A DNA stretch of 64,000 bases, from the NCBI GenBank assembly GCA_963778525.1, contig CAVZUJ010000009.1, positions 589,112 to 653,111 of the forward strand. Direction: 5' to 3'. The first letter of the stretch is position 1. Each line of letters begins with the position of its first letter. The position numbers and the translations under genes are program-made. The notes under the pieces were generated by a model. The model worked only from the letters and a program-made list of their open reading frames with translations. It was not told the origin of the DNA and made no database searches. Positions 13,299 to 24,229 of the stretch are shown here, piece after piece. The stretch comes from an uncultured beta proteobacterium. Lineage in GTDB: Bacteria > Pseudomonadota > Gammaproteobacteria > Burkholderiales > Burkholderiaceae_C.

Positions 13299-14156
13299 TC
13301 AGGCGATTTCGGCGCTGGCCTGCATCGCCAGCGCGCCGTCGTGAGCGCGTGCCCACAGTGCGAAGCGCCGCTCGCCGTCGGGCCGGCCGCAGAGGGTGAA
13401 GGGATGCAGATCGAAGAGCGGGCGGACGGCCTTGAATTCGAAGCGCCTGACGTCGGCTTCGGGTTGCTCGCGGCGCAGCAGGTCGAGCAACAGGGTCGCG
13501 ATCAGCGGGCCGTGCACGACGAGCCCAGGGTAACCCTCGACCTCGGTGACGTAGCGGCGGTCGTAGTGGATGCGGTGGCCATTGAAGGTGAGTGCCGAGT
13601 AGCGAAACAGCAGCACATCGTCGGGCACGATCTCGCGCGAGAACGCCGCGTCGCCAGGCGCGGCGGTGAACGCCGCACTCGCGCCTGCTGCCGGTGCACC
13701 GCGATAGACGATGTCCTGCTCTTCGATCACCGCGGGGCCGGCTGCGTCGGCGATCTCATGGCGGACCGTGACGAAGACCAGCGGCCCCGATCGCGCCGTC
13801 TTCTCGACGATGCTCGCGATGTGCGAGCTGCGGGTCGCCGATTCGCCGACCCGCAGCGCCCGCTCGAAGCTCAGTCGGCCGCCGGCCCACATGCGCCGCG
13901 GCAAGGGCACCGGCGGCAGGAAGCCACCGCGCCTGGCGTGGCCGTCGGCGCCGAGCTCGCTTCGTCGATGCAGCGGCAGGAAATAGAGCCAGTGCCAGAG
14001 CGGCGGCACGGCGTCGCCCGGCGCGGGCGGCGGATCGTCGCGATCGAGCGTGGCGGCGAGCGCGGCGATCGGCCAGGCACCGATCGCGTCGTCGCTTCGT
14101 TCGCTGCGGCCGAGCCAGGCGTCGAAGGCCGAGGCGTTGTCGGGGGGCAGCGTCAT
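13299..14156 (-). CDS. MaoC-like (R)-specific enoyl-CoA hydratase, double hotdog fold (itaconyl/mesaconyl-CoA hydratase-like)
   Basis: 285 aa ORF; cluster context matches P. aeruginosa PA0878 (Ich). Confidence 0.7.
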   Translation of the reverse strand: MTLPPDNASAFDAWLGRSERSDDAIGAWPIAALAATLDRDDPPPAPGDAVPPLWHWLYFLPLHRRSELGADGHARRGGFLPPVPLPRRMWAGGRLSFERALRVGESATRSSHIASIVEKTARSGPLVFVTVRHEIADAAGPAVIEEQDIVYRGAPAAGASAAFTAAPGDAAFSREIVPDDVLLFRYSALTFNGHRIHYDRRYVTEVEGYPGLVVHGPLIATLLLDLLRREQPEADVRRFEFKAVRPLFDLHPFTLCGRPDGERRFALWARAHDGALAMQASAEIA

Positions 14157-15562
14157 GTCGCGGGGAGTTGCGGCCGCGCGATCGGCCGCACCGTCTCGTA
14201 GGCGCGAGCCGCACGCAGCACGAGCGCATCGCCGAACATCGGGCCGACGAGCTGCAGGCCGATCGGCAGGCCGTCTTTCGTGAGGCCGCAGGGGATGGTG
14301 CAGGCCGGCTGCTGCGTCAGGTTGAAGGGGTAGGTGAACGGGGTCCAGCCGAGCATCGCTTGCGGGCTCATCGGCGTGTGCCCGGCCGGCCGTGCGTCGA
14401 AAGCAGGCACTGCAACGCTCGGCGTCGCCAGCAGATCGAAGCGTTGCATGAAGCGGCGCATGTGCGAGCCGAGCTCGCCGCGGCGCAGATGCAGGCGATA
14501 CAGGTCGAGCGCGCCGATCTGCGAGCCGAGCTCGGCCTCGGCCTGGAAGTCGGGATCGGCGACGCGTTGCTGCTCTGGCGTCATGCCGCTCCAGAGCGCC
14601 CAGGCGCCGTGAAACCAGAGGCCCGTCGTGATCTCGAGCGGGTCGGCAAAGCCCGGGTCGATCCGTTCCACGTGCGCGCCGAGCGCCTCGAGGTCATGCA
14701 CCGCGGCCTCGACAGCGGCCGCCACTTCGGCGTCGACCTCGGCATAGCCGAGGGTCGGCGAATAGGCCACGCGCAAGCGCCGGATGCCGGCGTCGAGACC
14801 TTCGCGATAGTCGCTCGGATCGGGCGGCAGCGACGTCCAGTCGCGCGCATCCGGGCGCTTGAGCACGTTCATCATCAGCGCGGCGTCGGCCACGCTCATG
14901 GTGTGCGGCCCGAGATGCGCAACCGAGCCCATCGGCGAAAGCGGATAGGCCGGGACGCGGCCGAAGCTCGGCTTCAATCCGAAGTTGCCGCAGAAGGCGG
15001 CGGGAATGCGCACGCTGCCGGCGCCATCGGTGCCGACCGAAAGCGCCCCCATGCCCGAGGCCACGGCCGCTGCCGTGCCACCCGACGAGCCGCCCGGCGT
15101 CTTCGCCGGATTCCACGGATTGCGGGTGATGCCGGTGAGCGGCGAATTGGTTTCGCCCTTGCAGCCGAACTCGGGTGTCGTGGTCTTGCCGAGAATGACC
15201 GCGCCGGCTTCGCGCAGCCGTGCCGACGCCGGCGCGTCGACGTCCCAGGCCTGGTTCGGATCGACGGTGCGCGAGCCGCGCCGCGTCGGCCAGCCCTTGG
15301 CGAGGATCAGGTCCTTGATCGACAGCGGTACACCATCGAGATCGCCGCAGGGCTCGCCGCGCGTCCAGCGCGCTTCGCTTTCGCGAGCCGAGCGAAAGGC
15401 GTCTTCGGCGGCGAGAAAGCAGAACGCATTGAGCGTCGGGTCGAGCCGGTCGATGCGCGCGATGGCGGCCCGCGTCGCCTCGACGGGCGAGGCCTGGCCC
15501 GAACCGTAGAGCTGCAACAGCTGGGTCGCAGTGCAATCGGCCAGGTCGCTCGCATGGGTCAT
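14153..15562 (-). CDS. Amidase (amidase-signature family)
   Basis: MTHASDLADC...GGSSGGTAAAVASGMGALSVGTDGAGSVRIPAAFCGNFGLKPSFGRV; ATGA overlap with the MaoC-like gene. Confidence 0.85.
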   Translation of the reverse strand: MTHASDLADCTATQLLQLYGSGQASPVEATRAAIARIDRLDPTLNAFCFLAAEDAFRSARESEARWTRGEPCGDLDGVPLSIKDLILAKGWPTRRGSRTVDPNQAWDVDAPASARLREAGAVILGKTTTPEFGCKGETNSPLTGITRNPWNPAKTPGGSSGGTAAAVASGMGALSVGTDGAGSVRIPAAFCGNFGLKPSFGRVPAYPLSPMGSVAHLGPHTMSVADAALMMNVLKRPDARDWTSLPPDPSDYREGLDAGIRRLRVAYSPTLGYAEVDAEVAAAVEAAVHDLEALGAHVERIDPGFADPLEITTGLWFHGAWALWSGMTPEQQRVADPDFQAEAELGSQIGALDLYRLHLRRGELGSHMRRFMQRFDLLATPSVAVPAFDARPAGHTPMSPQAMLGWTPFTYPFNLTQQPACTIPCGLTKDGLPIGLQLVGPMFGDALVLRAARAYETVRPIARPQLPAT

Positions 15563-15703
15563 CGTCGTCGCCCTCCAGCGGTCGGCGACGATCGTCGCCG
15601 CGCAGCTGCGCAATGATGCATGAGGCGCTGCACGGGTGCGAAACCGGCGCCGCCGGACAAAGCACCTCGACCGGCGTGGCCGGGCTGCTGCAGTAGGCTA
15701 TCG

Positions 15704-16663
15704 ATGAACCAGTCCTCGAGGCAAGCCATGACCGATGCATCTCGCTCGCGCAAGACCGCAGCCGATTTCGATCCCGAGGTGCTTCGCCTGTTCGACAAGT
15801 ACGTCCACGGTGGCATCGACCGGCGCGGTTTTCTCGACGGCGCGGCGAAGTTCGCGGTGGGTGGCGTCACTGCGGCCGGCCTGCTCGAAGCCTTGAGCCC
15901 GAAGTTCGCCGAGGCCGAGCAGGTGGCGCGGACCGACGCGCGCATCAGGGCCGAGACCGTCGAGTTCCCGTCGCCGCGCGGCTACGGCACCGGCCGCGGC
16001 TATCTGGTGCGGCCGGCAAGCGCGCCGCCGCCCGGCGGCGCCGCGACGCCGACGCGCGGCCTGCCGGTGGTTCTCGTCATTCACGAGAACCGCGGTCTCA
16101 ATCCGCACATCGAAGACATCGCCCGACGGCTCGCGCTCGACAACTTCATCGCCTTCGCACCGGACGCGCTGTTCCCGCTCGGCGGCTACCCCGGCGACGA
16201 AGACAAGGCGCGCGACTTGTTCGGCAAGCTCGACCAGAGCAAGACACGGGAAGATTTCTTCGCCGCCGCAAGCTACCTGAAAGGCGTTCCGGGCGGCAAC
16301 GGCAAGATGGGCGCCACCGGCTTCTGCTGGGGCGGCGGCATGACCAACCGCCTGGCGGTCGGCCTGCCCGACCTCACGGCCGCGGTGCCCTTCTACGGCG
16401 AGGCGCCGCCGCTCGGGCAGGTGCCCGACATCAAGGCCTCGCTGATGCTGATGTTCGCCGACAAGGACGATCGCATCAACAACACCTGGCCGCCCTACGA
16501 GGCCGCGCTCAAGGCGGCCGGCGTGCGATTCCAGGCGTTCCGGTATCCGGGCACCGAGCACGGCTTCAACAACGACACCACGCCGCGCTACGACGCTGCA
16601 GCGGCACGACAAGCCTGGACGCGAACGATCGCCTTCTTCGACAGCCTGCTGCGTGGCGCTTGA
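15704..16663 (+). CDS. Dienelactone hydrolase family protein, probably Tat-exported
   Basis: ...HGGIDRRGFLDGAAKFAVGGVTAAGLLEALSP (twin-arginine motif); DLH core LPVVLVIHENRGLNPHIEDIARRLA...; an alternative start is at 15728. Confidence 0.75.
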   Translation: MNQSSRQAMTDASRSRKTAADFDPEVLRLFDKYVHGGIDRRGFLDGAAKFAVGGVTAAGLLEALSPKFAEAEQVARTDARIRAETVEFPSPRGYGTGRGYLVRPASAPPPGGAATPTRGLPVVLVIHENRGLNPHIEDIARRLALDNFIAFAPDALFPLGGYPGDEDKARDLFGKLDQSKTREDFFAAASYLKGVPGGNGKMGATGFCWGGGMTNRLAVGLPDLTAAVPFYGEAPPLGQVPDIKASLMLMFADKDDRINNTWPPYEAALKAAGVRFQAFRYPGTEHGFNNDTTPRYDAAAARQAWTRTIAFFDSLLRGA

Positions 16664-16701
16664 GCCAGCGCGCTCGTCGTCTTCGATGCGCGTGTGCCGC
16701 G

Positions 16702-16992
16702 TCAATGAATCTTGCGTCGATTCCTGAACGACTTGGGGCGATAGACATTGCCGTCCCATTCGCCGCCTTCGCGGGCGCGCCGGATCGCGTCTTCGGCCTC
16801 GCGCCGGGCCTTGCGACGCGCCGTCGGCCACGCAAACAGCGCATCGGCGCGGGCGCCCGTGCGCTGGCTCCAGCGCGCCACGGCGCGGTCGAAGCGGGCC
16901 CGCCGGCGGGCGCCGAGCACGACACGCAGCAGCAGCACGAGACAGCTGAAGACGATCGTGGCGGCAAAGACTTTTTCGAGCACGGGGCACAT
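16702..16992 (-). CDS. Small hypothetical membrane protein (one TM helix plus a basic tail)
   Basis: MCPVLEKVFAATIVFSCLVLLLRVVLGARRRARFDRAVARWSQRTG...NVYRPKSFRNRRKIH*; the evidence is only codon usage and a plausible TM helix. Confidence 0.35.
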   Translation of the reverse strand: MCPVLEKVFAATIVFSCLVLLLRVVLGARRRARFDRAVARWSQRTGARADALFAWPTARRKARREAEDAIRRAREGGEWDGNVYRPKSFRNRRKIH

Positions 16993-17072
16993 CGACGCGG
17001 CAAAATCCGGCGATGCGAACCGATGGTAGCGCGCGCCCGGCTTGCGCGCCGGGACATGACGACGCGGCGTCG

Positions 17073-17489
17073 ATGAGCGAAGCCGAACCCGACAGCGCCG
17101 CGGCCCCGCCGCTGCGAGTCTTCGTGGTCGAGAACAACGACGACACACGCGACTTGCTCTGCTTGTTCCTCGAGCGCATAGGCCACACCGTGCGGACCGC
17201 CGCCACCCTCGCCGAAGCGCTCGAACGCTGGCCCGAATCGACGAACGACGTGCTCATCTCCGATCTCGGCTTGCCCGACGGCAGCGGCTGGGAGCTGCTC
17301 GGCCGGCTACCGGCCGAGCCACCGATATTCGCCGTCGCCATCAGCGGTTTCGGCTTGCGCGCCGATCGCGAGCGAAGCCGCGCGGCGGGCTTTCGCCACC
17401 ATCTCGTCAAGCCCGTCGACGCCGAGCGCCTCGAGCGCGTGCTCGAGGAAGCCCGGCGCGAGCGCGATGCTCGCCGGCTTGCGCCTTGA
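17073..17489 (+). CDS. Standalone response-regulator receiver domain (CheY-like)
   Basis: LRVFVVENNDDTRDLLCLFLERIGHTVRTAATLAEALERWPESTNDVLISDLGLPDGSGWELL...HHLVKPVDAERL. Confidence 0.7.
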   Translation: MSEAEPDSAAAPPLRVFVVENNDDTRDLLCLFLERIGHTVRTAATLAEALERWPESTNDVLISDLGLPDGSGWELLGRLPAEPPIFAVAISGFGLRADRERSRAAGFRHHLVKPVDAERLERVLEEARRERDARRLAP

Positions 17490-18727
17490 GCCCGGCCGTC
17501 CGCGCACCGCAAGCCGATTCGCGCCAGGCCTGGGCCAGGCTCGTCGTGGCGCTGGTGCTGATGACGATCAGCAGCAGCACCATGTACGTCGTGTCGGTCG
17601 TCCTGCCTTCGGTGCAGAAGGAGTTCGGCGTGGCGCGCGCCGATGCATCGCTGCCGTACACGCTGCTCATGATCGGCGTCGGTGTCGGCGGGATCTTCAT
17701 GGGCCGGCTCGCCGACCGGCGCGGCGTGATGCTGCCGAACCTGATCGGGGCGGCCGGCCTCGCCATCGGCTTCGTTCTCGCGGGCATGAGCGGCGGCATC
17801 GTCAGCTTTGCGCTGATCCACGGCTTGTTGCTCGGCCTCGCCGGTGCTTCGGCCACCTTCTCACCGCTCGTCGCCGATACCTCGCTCTGGTTCGTCAAGC
17901 GGCGCGGCATCGCGGTGGCCATCTGCGCCAGCGGCATCTACCTCGCCGGCGCGATCTGGCCGCCGATCGTGCAGCACTTCGTCGAGACCGTGGGCTGGCG
18001 CCAGACCTATATCGGCCTCGGCATCTTCTGTGCACTCAGCGTGCCGCCACTGGCCCTGCTGATGCGCGCGCGGGCGCCCGCGCTGGCCGCCGCTGCGCCG
18101 AGTCCGCGCGGCGCGACGCCCTCGACGCGGCCGTTCGGCTTGTCGATGAACGCGGCGCAGCTGCTCCTGTGCCTCGCCGCCATCGCCTGTTGCGTGGCGA
18201 TGTCGATGCCGCAGGTGCACATCGTGGCCTATTGCGGCGACCTCGGCTACGGCGCGGCGCGTGGCGCGCAGATGCTCTCGCTGATGCTGGGCTGCGGCGT
18301 CGTCAGCCGCCTGGTCAGCGGCGCCATCTGCGACCGCATCGGCGGCCTGCGCACCTTGCTCCTCGGCTCGCTGCTGCAGGGCACGGCGCTGCTGTTGTTC
18401 CTGCCCTTCGATTCGCTGACATCGCTCTACATCATCGCCGGCCTGTTCGGCCTCTTCCAGGGCGGCATCGTGCCCTCGTACGCGATCATCGTGCGCGAGC
18501 ATTTCCCGGCCTCCGAAGCGGGCGCGCGCGTCGGCTCCGTGCTGATGTGCACGCTGCTCGGCATGGCGCTCGGCGGCTGGATGTCGGGCAAGGTCTTCGA
18601 TCTCACCGGCTCGTATCACGCCGCCTTCCTCAACGGCATCGCCTGGAACGTGCTCAACCTGTCGATTGCGCTGTTCCTGATCGGTCGCACGCGCGGCGCG
18701 ATCGGGCGACGCATCCTGGCGGCCTGA
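17486..18727 (+). CDS. MFS transporter
   Basis: 413 aa, 12 predicted TM helices; TTG/ATG start overlapping the receiver stop. Confidence 0.8.
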   Translation: MSPAVRAPQADSRQAWARLVVALVLMTISSSTMYVVSVVLPSVQKEFGVARADASLPYTLLMIGVGVGGIFMGRLADRRGVMLPNLIGAAGLAIGFVLAGMSGGIVSFALIHGLLLGLAGASATFSPLVADTSLWFVKRRGIAVAICASGIYLAGAIWPPIVQHFVETVGWRQTYIGLGIFCALSVPPLALLMRARAPALAAAAPSPRGATPSTRPFGLSMNAAQLLLCLAAIACCVAMSMPQVHIVAYCGDLGYGAARGAQMLSLMLGCGVVSRLVSGAICDRIGGLRTLLLGSLLQGTALLLFLPFDSLTSLYIIAGLFGLFQGGIVPSYAIIVREHFPASEAGARVGSVLMCTLLGMALGGWMSGKVFDLTGSYHAAFLNGIAWNVLNLSIALFLIGRTRGAIGRRILAA

Positions 18728-18745
18728 TCGGCGACGCGGGCGGCC

Positions 18746-19658
18746 ATGACGATTCTTGTCGGCACCGCGTCATGGACCGACAAGACGCTCATCGCGAGCG
18801 GGCGCTTCTATCCGAAGGAAGCGAAATCGGCCGAGGCCCGGCTGCGCTTCTACGCCTCGCAGTTTCCGATCGTCGAGGTGGACTCGAGCTACTACGCGAT
18901 GCCGGCACCAGCGACGGCGCAGCTCTGGGCCGAGCGCACGCCCGAGGGTTTCGTGATGAACGTCAAGGCGTTTCGTTTCTTCACCGGCCACCAGACCTCG
19001 CCGACCGTGCTGCATCGCGACCTGCAGCAGGCGCTCGGCGACAGCGCCGGCCCCAGCTTCTTCTATCGCGACCTGTCGCGCGAGCTCGTCGACGAGCTGT
19101 GGCTACGCTTTCGCGAAGCGCTGTTGCCGCTTGCAGGCGTCGGGCCGTCTCGGCCTGGTGCACTTCCAGTTTGCGCCGTGGCTGTTGCGCGAGCCCGCGT
19201 CGCGCGCGCACGTCGAGATGTGCGTGCAGCGCATGAGCGGCTTCGACCTGGGCGTCGAGTTCCGGCACAAGAGCTGGTTCGACGGCGTCGACCGACAGCG
19301 CGAGACGCTGGCCTTCCTGCGCGAGCTCGGCGTGGCGCACACCATCGTCGACGGGCCGCAAGGTTTCTACAACAGCGTGCCGGCGTTGTGGGAGGCCACG
19401 CATCCGCGCTTCGCGTTGCTGCGCCTGCACGGCCGCAACACGGCAACCTGGAACGTGAAGGGCCAGACGGCGGCGTCGGACCGCTTCAACTACGACTACC
19501 CGTCGCACGAGCTGGCCGAGCTCGTACCCCGGCTCGAGCGGCTGGCGCTGACGGCGATGCAGACGCACGTGATCTTCAACAACAACATGGAAGACCAGGG
19601 CCAGCGCAACGCCCGCTCGTTGCTCGACCTGCTCGACGCAGCCGGCCTTCGGCACTGA
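18746..19658 (+). CDS. DUF72 (YecE-like) protein, apparent 1-bp frameshift ~19145
   Basis: MTILVGTASWTDKTLIASGRFYPKEAKSAEARLRFYASQFPIVEVDSSYYAMP... then LGLVHFQFAPWLLREP...LDLLDAAGLRH* (ORF 19131..19658). Confidence 0.7.
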
Positions 19659-19794
19659 GCCCGCCCGGCCGGGGCGCGCGCCTCGCCGAAACCCCCAATG
19701 CAGCGCTGCGCCACGACACGCACAATAGGTTGGCCGCAGCGCTTGCGGCGCCGCATGCGCATTTTTCGCGCGGCCGCATTTCAAGGAGACGAGC

Positions 19795-20809
19795 ATGGCG
19801 ATCACACGACGTGAATGGTTGGCGGGCGCAGCGGCGGCGGGCCTGCTTCCGATGGGCGCGAAGGCCGAGGCCGAGGGCCTGAAGATCTCGCACCAGTTTC
19901 CTGGTGGCACCGCCGACCGAAGGTGATTTTCGCGATCGTCTGTGCCGGCGTTTCGCGGCCGAGATCGACAAGCGCAGCAACGGCGCGCTGAAGGCGACGG
20001 TCTATCCGGGCTCCTCGCTGATGAAGACGAATTCGCAGTTCTCGGCGATGCGCAAGGGCGCGCTCGACCTGAGCCTGTACCCGCTGCCGTATGCCGGCGG
20101 CGAGGTGCCGGAATGCAACATCGGCCTGATGCCGGCGCTCGTGCCGAGCTACGAGGTCGGCATCGCCTGGAAGACCTCGGAGGTCGGCCGGCTGCTCGCC
20201 AAGATGCTCGACGACAAGGGCATCGTGCTCGTCAGCTGGATCTGGCAGGCCGGCGGCGTCGCCAGCCGGGCGAAGCCGCTGGTGCAGCCGGAAGATGCGA
20301 AGGGCCTGAAGGTGCGCGGCGGCAGCCGCGAGATGGACATGGTGCTCAAGCAGGCCGGCGCTTCCGTGATCTCGTTGCCCTCGAACGAGATCTACGTCGC
20401 GATGCAGACCGGCGCGATGGATGCGGCGATGACCTCGTCGACCAGCTTCATCTCCTTCAAGCTCGAGGAGATCGCGAAGAACCTGACGAGCGGGCGCAAC
20501 AAGGCCTACTGGTTCATGTTCGAGCCGCTGATGATGTCGAAGGAGGTGTTCGCCAAGCTGCCGAAGGCGCAGCAGGACATCATCATGGCGGTCGGCGCCG
20601 AGCAGGAGAAGTTCGCGACCGACGCCGCCAGGGCCGACGACAAGGTCGCCGCCGAGGTCTACGCCAAGGCCGGCGCGAAGGTCTACGACCTCGACGACGC
20701 CACGCTGCGCAAGTGGCAGGCCATCGCGCGCGACACCGCCTGGAAGGACTACGCCGAGCGCAGCGAGTCGTGCGCGGCGCTGATGGCGGCTGCCCAGAAG
20801 CTGGTGTGA
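19795..20809 (+). pseudogene. TRAP solute-binding protein (DctP family), frameshift ~19917
   Basis: MAITRREWLAGAAAAGLLPMGAKAEAEGLKISHQFPGGTAD then a frame change to EGDFRDRLCRRFAAEIDKRSNGALKATVYPGSS...AAAQKLV*; AAGGAG ribosome-binding site upstream. Confidence 0.65.
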
Positions 20810-20829
20810 GCGGCGAGGCTTCGCCGCCG

Positions 20830-21420
20830 CTCGCATCCGGCGCATCGAGCCTGCCTCCGACGTCGGCATTCGGCGGCGTCGCGGGCGCCATCGAGCCGGG
20901 CACGCCGCGTCTGCTCGTGCCGCTGGCGCGCGCCCTGGCGTTCATGAATCGCGTGATGGTCGTGCTCGGCATGCTCGCGCTGCTGCTGGCCGCCGCGGTG
21001 CTGACCTCGAGCGTCCTCTCGCGCTATTTCCTGCAAGGCCTCGACCGACTGGCAGGACGAGGCGGCGGTGTTCTGCTCGTCGGCGCGACGTTCCTCGCGG
21101 GCGCCTACGTGCAGTCGATCCGCGGCCACGTCGGCATCGAGGCGCTTACCTCCGTCCTGCCGGCGCGAGCCAATGCCTGGCGCCACGTCGCCGTCGACCT
21201 GATCTGTCTCGCCTTCTGCGCGTTCTTCGCGTGGAAGTCGTGGACGCTGCTTCACGACGCCTGGGTCGACGGGCAGACGACCAAGTCCACCTGGGCGTCC
21301 GCCGCTGTGGATTCCCTACTGCCTGATGGCGGCCGGCATGACGCTGCTGGCACTGCAGCTGCTCGTGCAGCTCGTCGCCAGCGTGCAGCCGCCTGCGCCT
21401 GCGCATGGAGCGTGCGCTGA
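20830..21420 (+). pseudogene. TRAP small permease (DctQ-like), at least 2 frameshifts; start uncertain
   Basis: ...MNRVMVVLGMLALLLAAAVLTSSVLSRYF...WKSWTLLHDAWVDGQTTKSTWASAAV, then an out-of-frame segment, then a return to the stop at 21418-21420. Confidence 0.5.
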
Positions 21421-22796
21421 CGATGTCGATGCTGGCGATCGGCGGTCTCTTCGGCGCTGGTCGACGCTGCTGCTGATGTTCTCGGGCGCGCCGATCGCGT
21501 TCGCGCTCGGCAGCGTCGCCGTGCTGTTCATGTGTGTTGTTCATGCCCGGCGTCGGCGCTCGACACGGTCACGCAGAACGTCTACGAGGAGATGGCAAGC
21601 ATCACGCTGCTCTCGATCCCGCTGTTCATCCTGAAGGGCGCGGCGATCGGCCGATCGCGCGCCGGCCAGGATCTCTACGCCGCGATGCATGCCTGGCTGC
21701 ATCGCGTGCCGGGCGGCCTCGGCATCGCCAACGTGCTCGCCTGCGCGCTGTTCGCGGCGATGGCCGGCTCCAGCCCGGCGACCTGCTCGGCGATCGGCTC
21801 GGCCGGCATCCCCGAGATGCGCCGGCGCGGCTACTCGCCGGCAATTCGCGGCCGGCATCATCGCTGCCGGCGGCACGCTGGGCATCCTGCTGCCGCCTTC
21901 GATCACGATGATCCTCTACGCCGTCGCCGGCCGAGCAGTCGCTGGGGCGGCTGTTCCTCGCCGGCATCGGCCCGGGCCTGCTGCTGGTGGCGCTGTTCGC
22001 CGGCTATGCGGTGCTGCGCTACCGGCGCGAGCATCGCGCGCGCCGCATGCGCCTTCGTGCAGCGACGGCACCGGGCTCGGCCCTGTCTCGCACGACGAGC
22101 GCTTCACGCTGCGCGAGAAGGTGCGAGATGCTGCCGCGCGTCGTGCCGTTCGTGGTGCTGCTGATCGGCGTGATGGTCGCGCTCTACGGCGGCTACGCCA
22201 CGCCGTCGGAGACGGCGGGCCTCGGCGCCCTGCTCGCGCTGGTGCTGATCGCCGTCGTCTACGGCGTCTGGCGGCCGCGCGACCTGGCGCCGATCCTGTC
22301 GCGACGCTGAAGGAGTCGACGATGCTGATGTTCATCATCGGCATGTCGCTGCTGTTCTCGTACGTGATGAGCTACCTGCACATCAGCCAGTCGCTGGCGC
22401 AGTGGATCGTCGCGCTGGCAGCTCTCGCGCTGGGTGCTGCTGGCGGCCATGCTCGCTGCTCGTGGTCGTGCTCGGCTTCTTCCTGCCGCCGGTGAGCATC
22501 ATCCTGATGACCGCGCCCATCATCCTGCCGCCGCTGAAGGCCGCCGGCTTCGACCTGATCTGGTTCGGCGTGCTGATGACCATCGTGATGGAGGCCGGCC
22601 TGATCCATCCGCCGGTCGGCCTCAACATCTTCGTGATCAAGAACATCGCGCCCGACATCCCGCTCGGCGCAGATCATCCGCGGCGTCCTGCCGTTCGTGG
22701 CGCTGATGCTCGTCGCGGTGGTGCTGATCTGCGTGTTTCCCGCGCATCGCGACCGCGCTGCCCGACGCGGTGATGGGCGCGGCGGCGGGGCGCTGA
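21405..22796 (+). pseudogene. TRAP large permease (DctM-like), at least 6 frameshifts
   Basis: Recognisable DctM segments are scattered over all three plus frames: MSMLAIGGLF / FSGAPIAFALGSVAVLFM / TQNVYEEMASITLLSIPLFILKGAAIG / GTLGILLPPSITMILYAV / KESTMLMFIIGMSLLFSYV / SIILMTAPIILPPLKAAGFDLIWFGVLMTIVMEAGLIHPPVGLNIFV. Confidence 0.65.
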
Positions 22797-22815
22797 CGCC
22801 GCGCCTCAGCGCGGG

Positions 22816-24226
22816 TCAGGCGCGCGGCCGATATTCGAATCGGCCGCGGCGAAGGCGCGATCCGGCTCCGTCGGCGGACGGCCGATCACGGCCTCGATTG
22901 CCAGCGCCGCCGAGAGCAACGCGCGGTCGCTGTGCGGTGCGCCGCACAGCTCGAAATCCGGCCGGCCAGGGCGCGCCGAGATGCTGCATCGGCAGCGAGA
23001 TGCCGCACTGCCCGAAGAGATTGGCCGGCCGCGTGTTCTGCGTGTTCACGCGGTTCCAGGCAGCGACCTCCTCGACGCTGCGAAAGTCGCTGCAAGGCGC
23101 CGGCAGCTTCACGACCGTCGGGCTGATCCAGCCGTCGATGCCTTCGGCCCGCTCCGCCACCATGCTCGTGAGAGCGCGCTGGCGCGCCGACAGGCGCGCG
23201 TATTCATCGGCGCGCAAGTCGAGGCCGCCGCGCACGCGCGTTGCCACCACCGGATCGATGCGTGCCTCGTTCGCAAGGAAGCGCTCGCGGCCGGCGAAGG
23301 CCAGCCATTCGGCGGTCGACGAGCCGGCCGAAGACTTCGTCGATCTCCGCGGCCTCCGGCAAGGCCACCTCCCTGATCGTCGCGCCGGCCGCGCGCAGCA
23401 GCTCGACTGCGCGCTCGAAACAGGCCCTGACCTCGGGTTCGATGTTCTGCAGGAAGTGCTCGCCGGGCAGCGCCAGGACGAGCGCGGACGCAGGCCGCGG
23501 CGCCGGCACGCGCTCGGCGGCCAGCGCGGCATGCACGAACAGCAGATCGGCCACGCACGATGCGAACACGCCGATGCTGTCCATCTCGCGCGAGAGCGGA
23601 AAGATGCCGTCTTGCGGCCAATGCTCGGTCGTCGCCTTGTAGCCTGCGACGCCGCAGAGCGCCGCCGGCCAGCGCACCGAGCCGCCGGTGTCGGTGCCGA
23701 GCGTGAAGCCGACCAGCTCGGCGGCCATCGCCACCGCCGACCCGTGGCTCGAGCCGCCGGTCATGCGCGCCACTTGCGGATCGCAGGGGTTCCAGGGCGG
23801 CGGCCTCTTCAGGTTGAAGCCGCCGAGAGCGAACTCGGTGGTCGCGGTCTTGCCGACGATCACGCAGCCGGCGCGCTGCAGTCGATCGATGAAGCGGCCT
23901 TGCGGTGGCACGAGGTCGGAGATATCGACGTCGCTGCCGGCCGTCGTCGGCATGCCGGCGACGCTGAACAGGTCTTGACCGCGATCGGCACACCCATCAG
24001 CGGGCCGAGATCGATGCCGGCCGCGAGCAAGCGATCGACCGCTGCGGCCTGTGCGAGCGCCTGCTCGGCGGCCACGAACGTGAACGCGCGCAGCTTGCGG
24101 ATTCGCGGCATCGATGCGGGCAAGCGTTGCGCGTGTCGCGGCCTCGGCCGAAAGCTCGCGCGCACGCAGGCGCTGCGCGAATGTCGCCAGGGTGATGCCG
24201 TGCAACGGCGAGGAGGGCAGCGTCAT
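22816..24226 (-). pseudogene. Amidase (amidase-signature family), at least 3 frameshifts
   Basis: MTLPSSPLHGITLATFAQRLRAREL...GGSSHGSAVAMAAELVGFTLGTDTGGSVRWPAALCGVAGYKAT (ORF 23204..24226) plus the C-terminal ADEYARLSARQRALTSMVAERAEGIDGWISPTV... (ORF 22816..23532). Confidence 0.65.
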
Positions 24227-24229
24227 GGT

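Noticed and set aside
15698-17821. 707-aa minus-strand ORF
   Set aside because: It runs antisense across the dienelactone hydrolase, receiver and MFS genes. Composition is typical of a GC-rich shadow frame.
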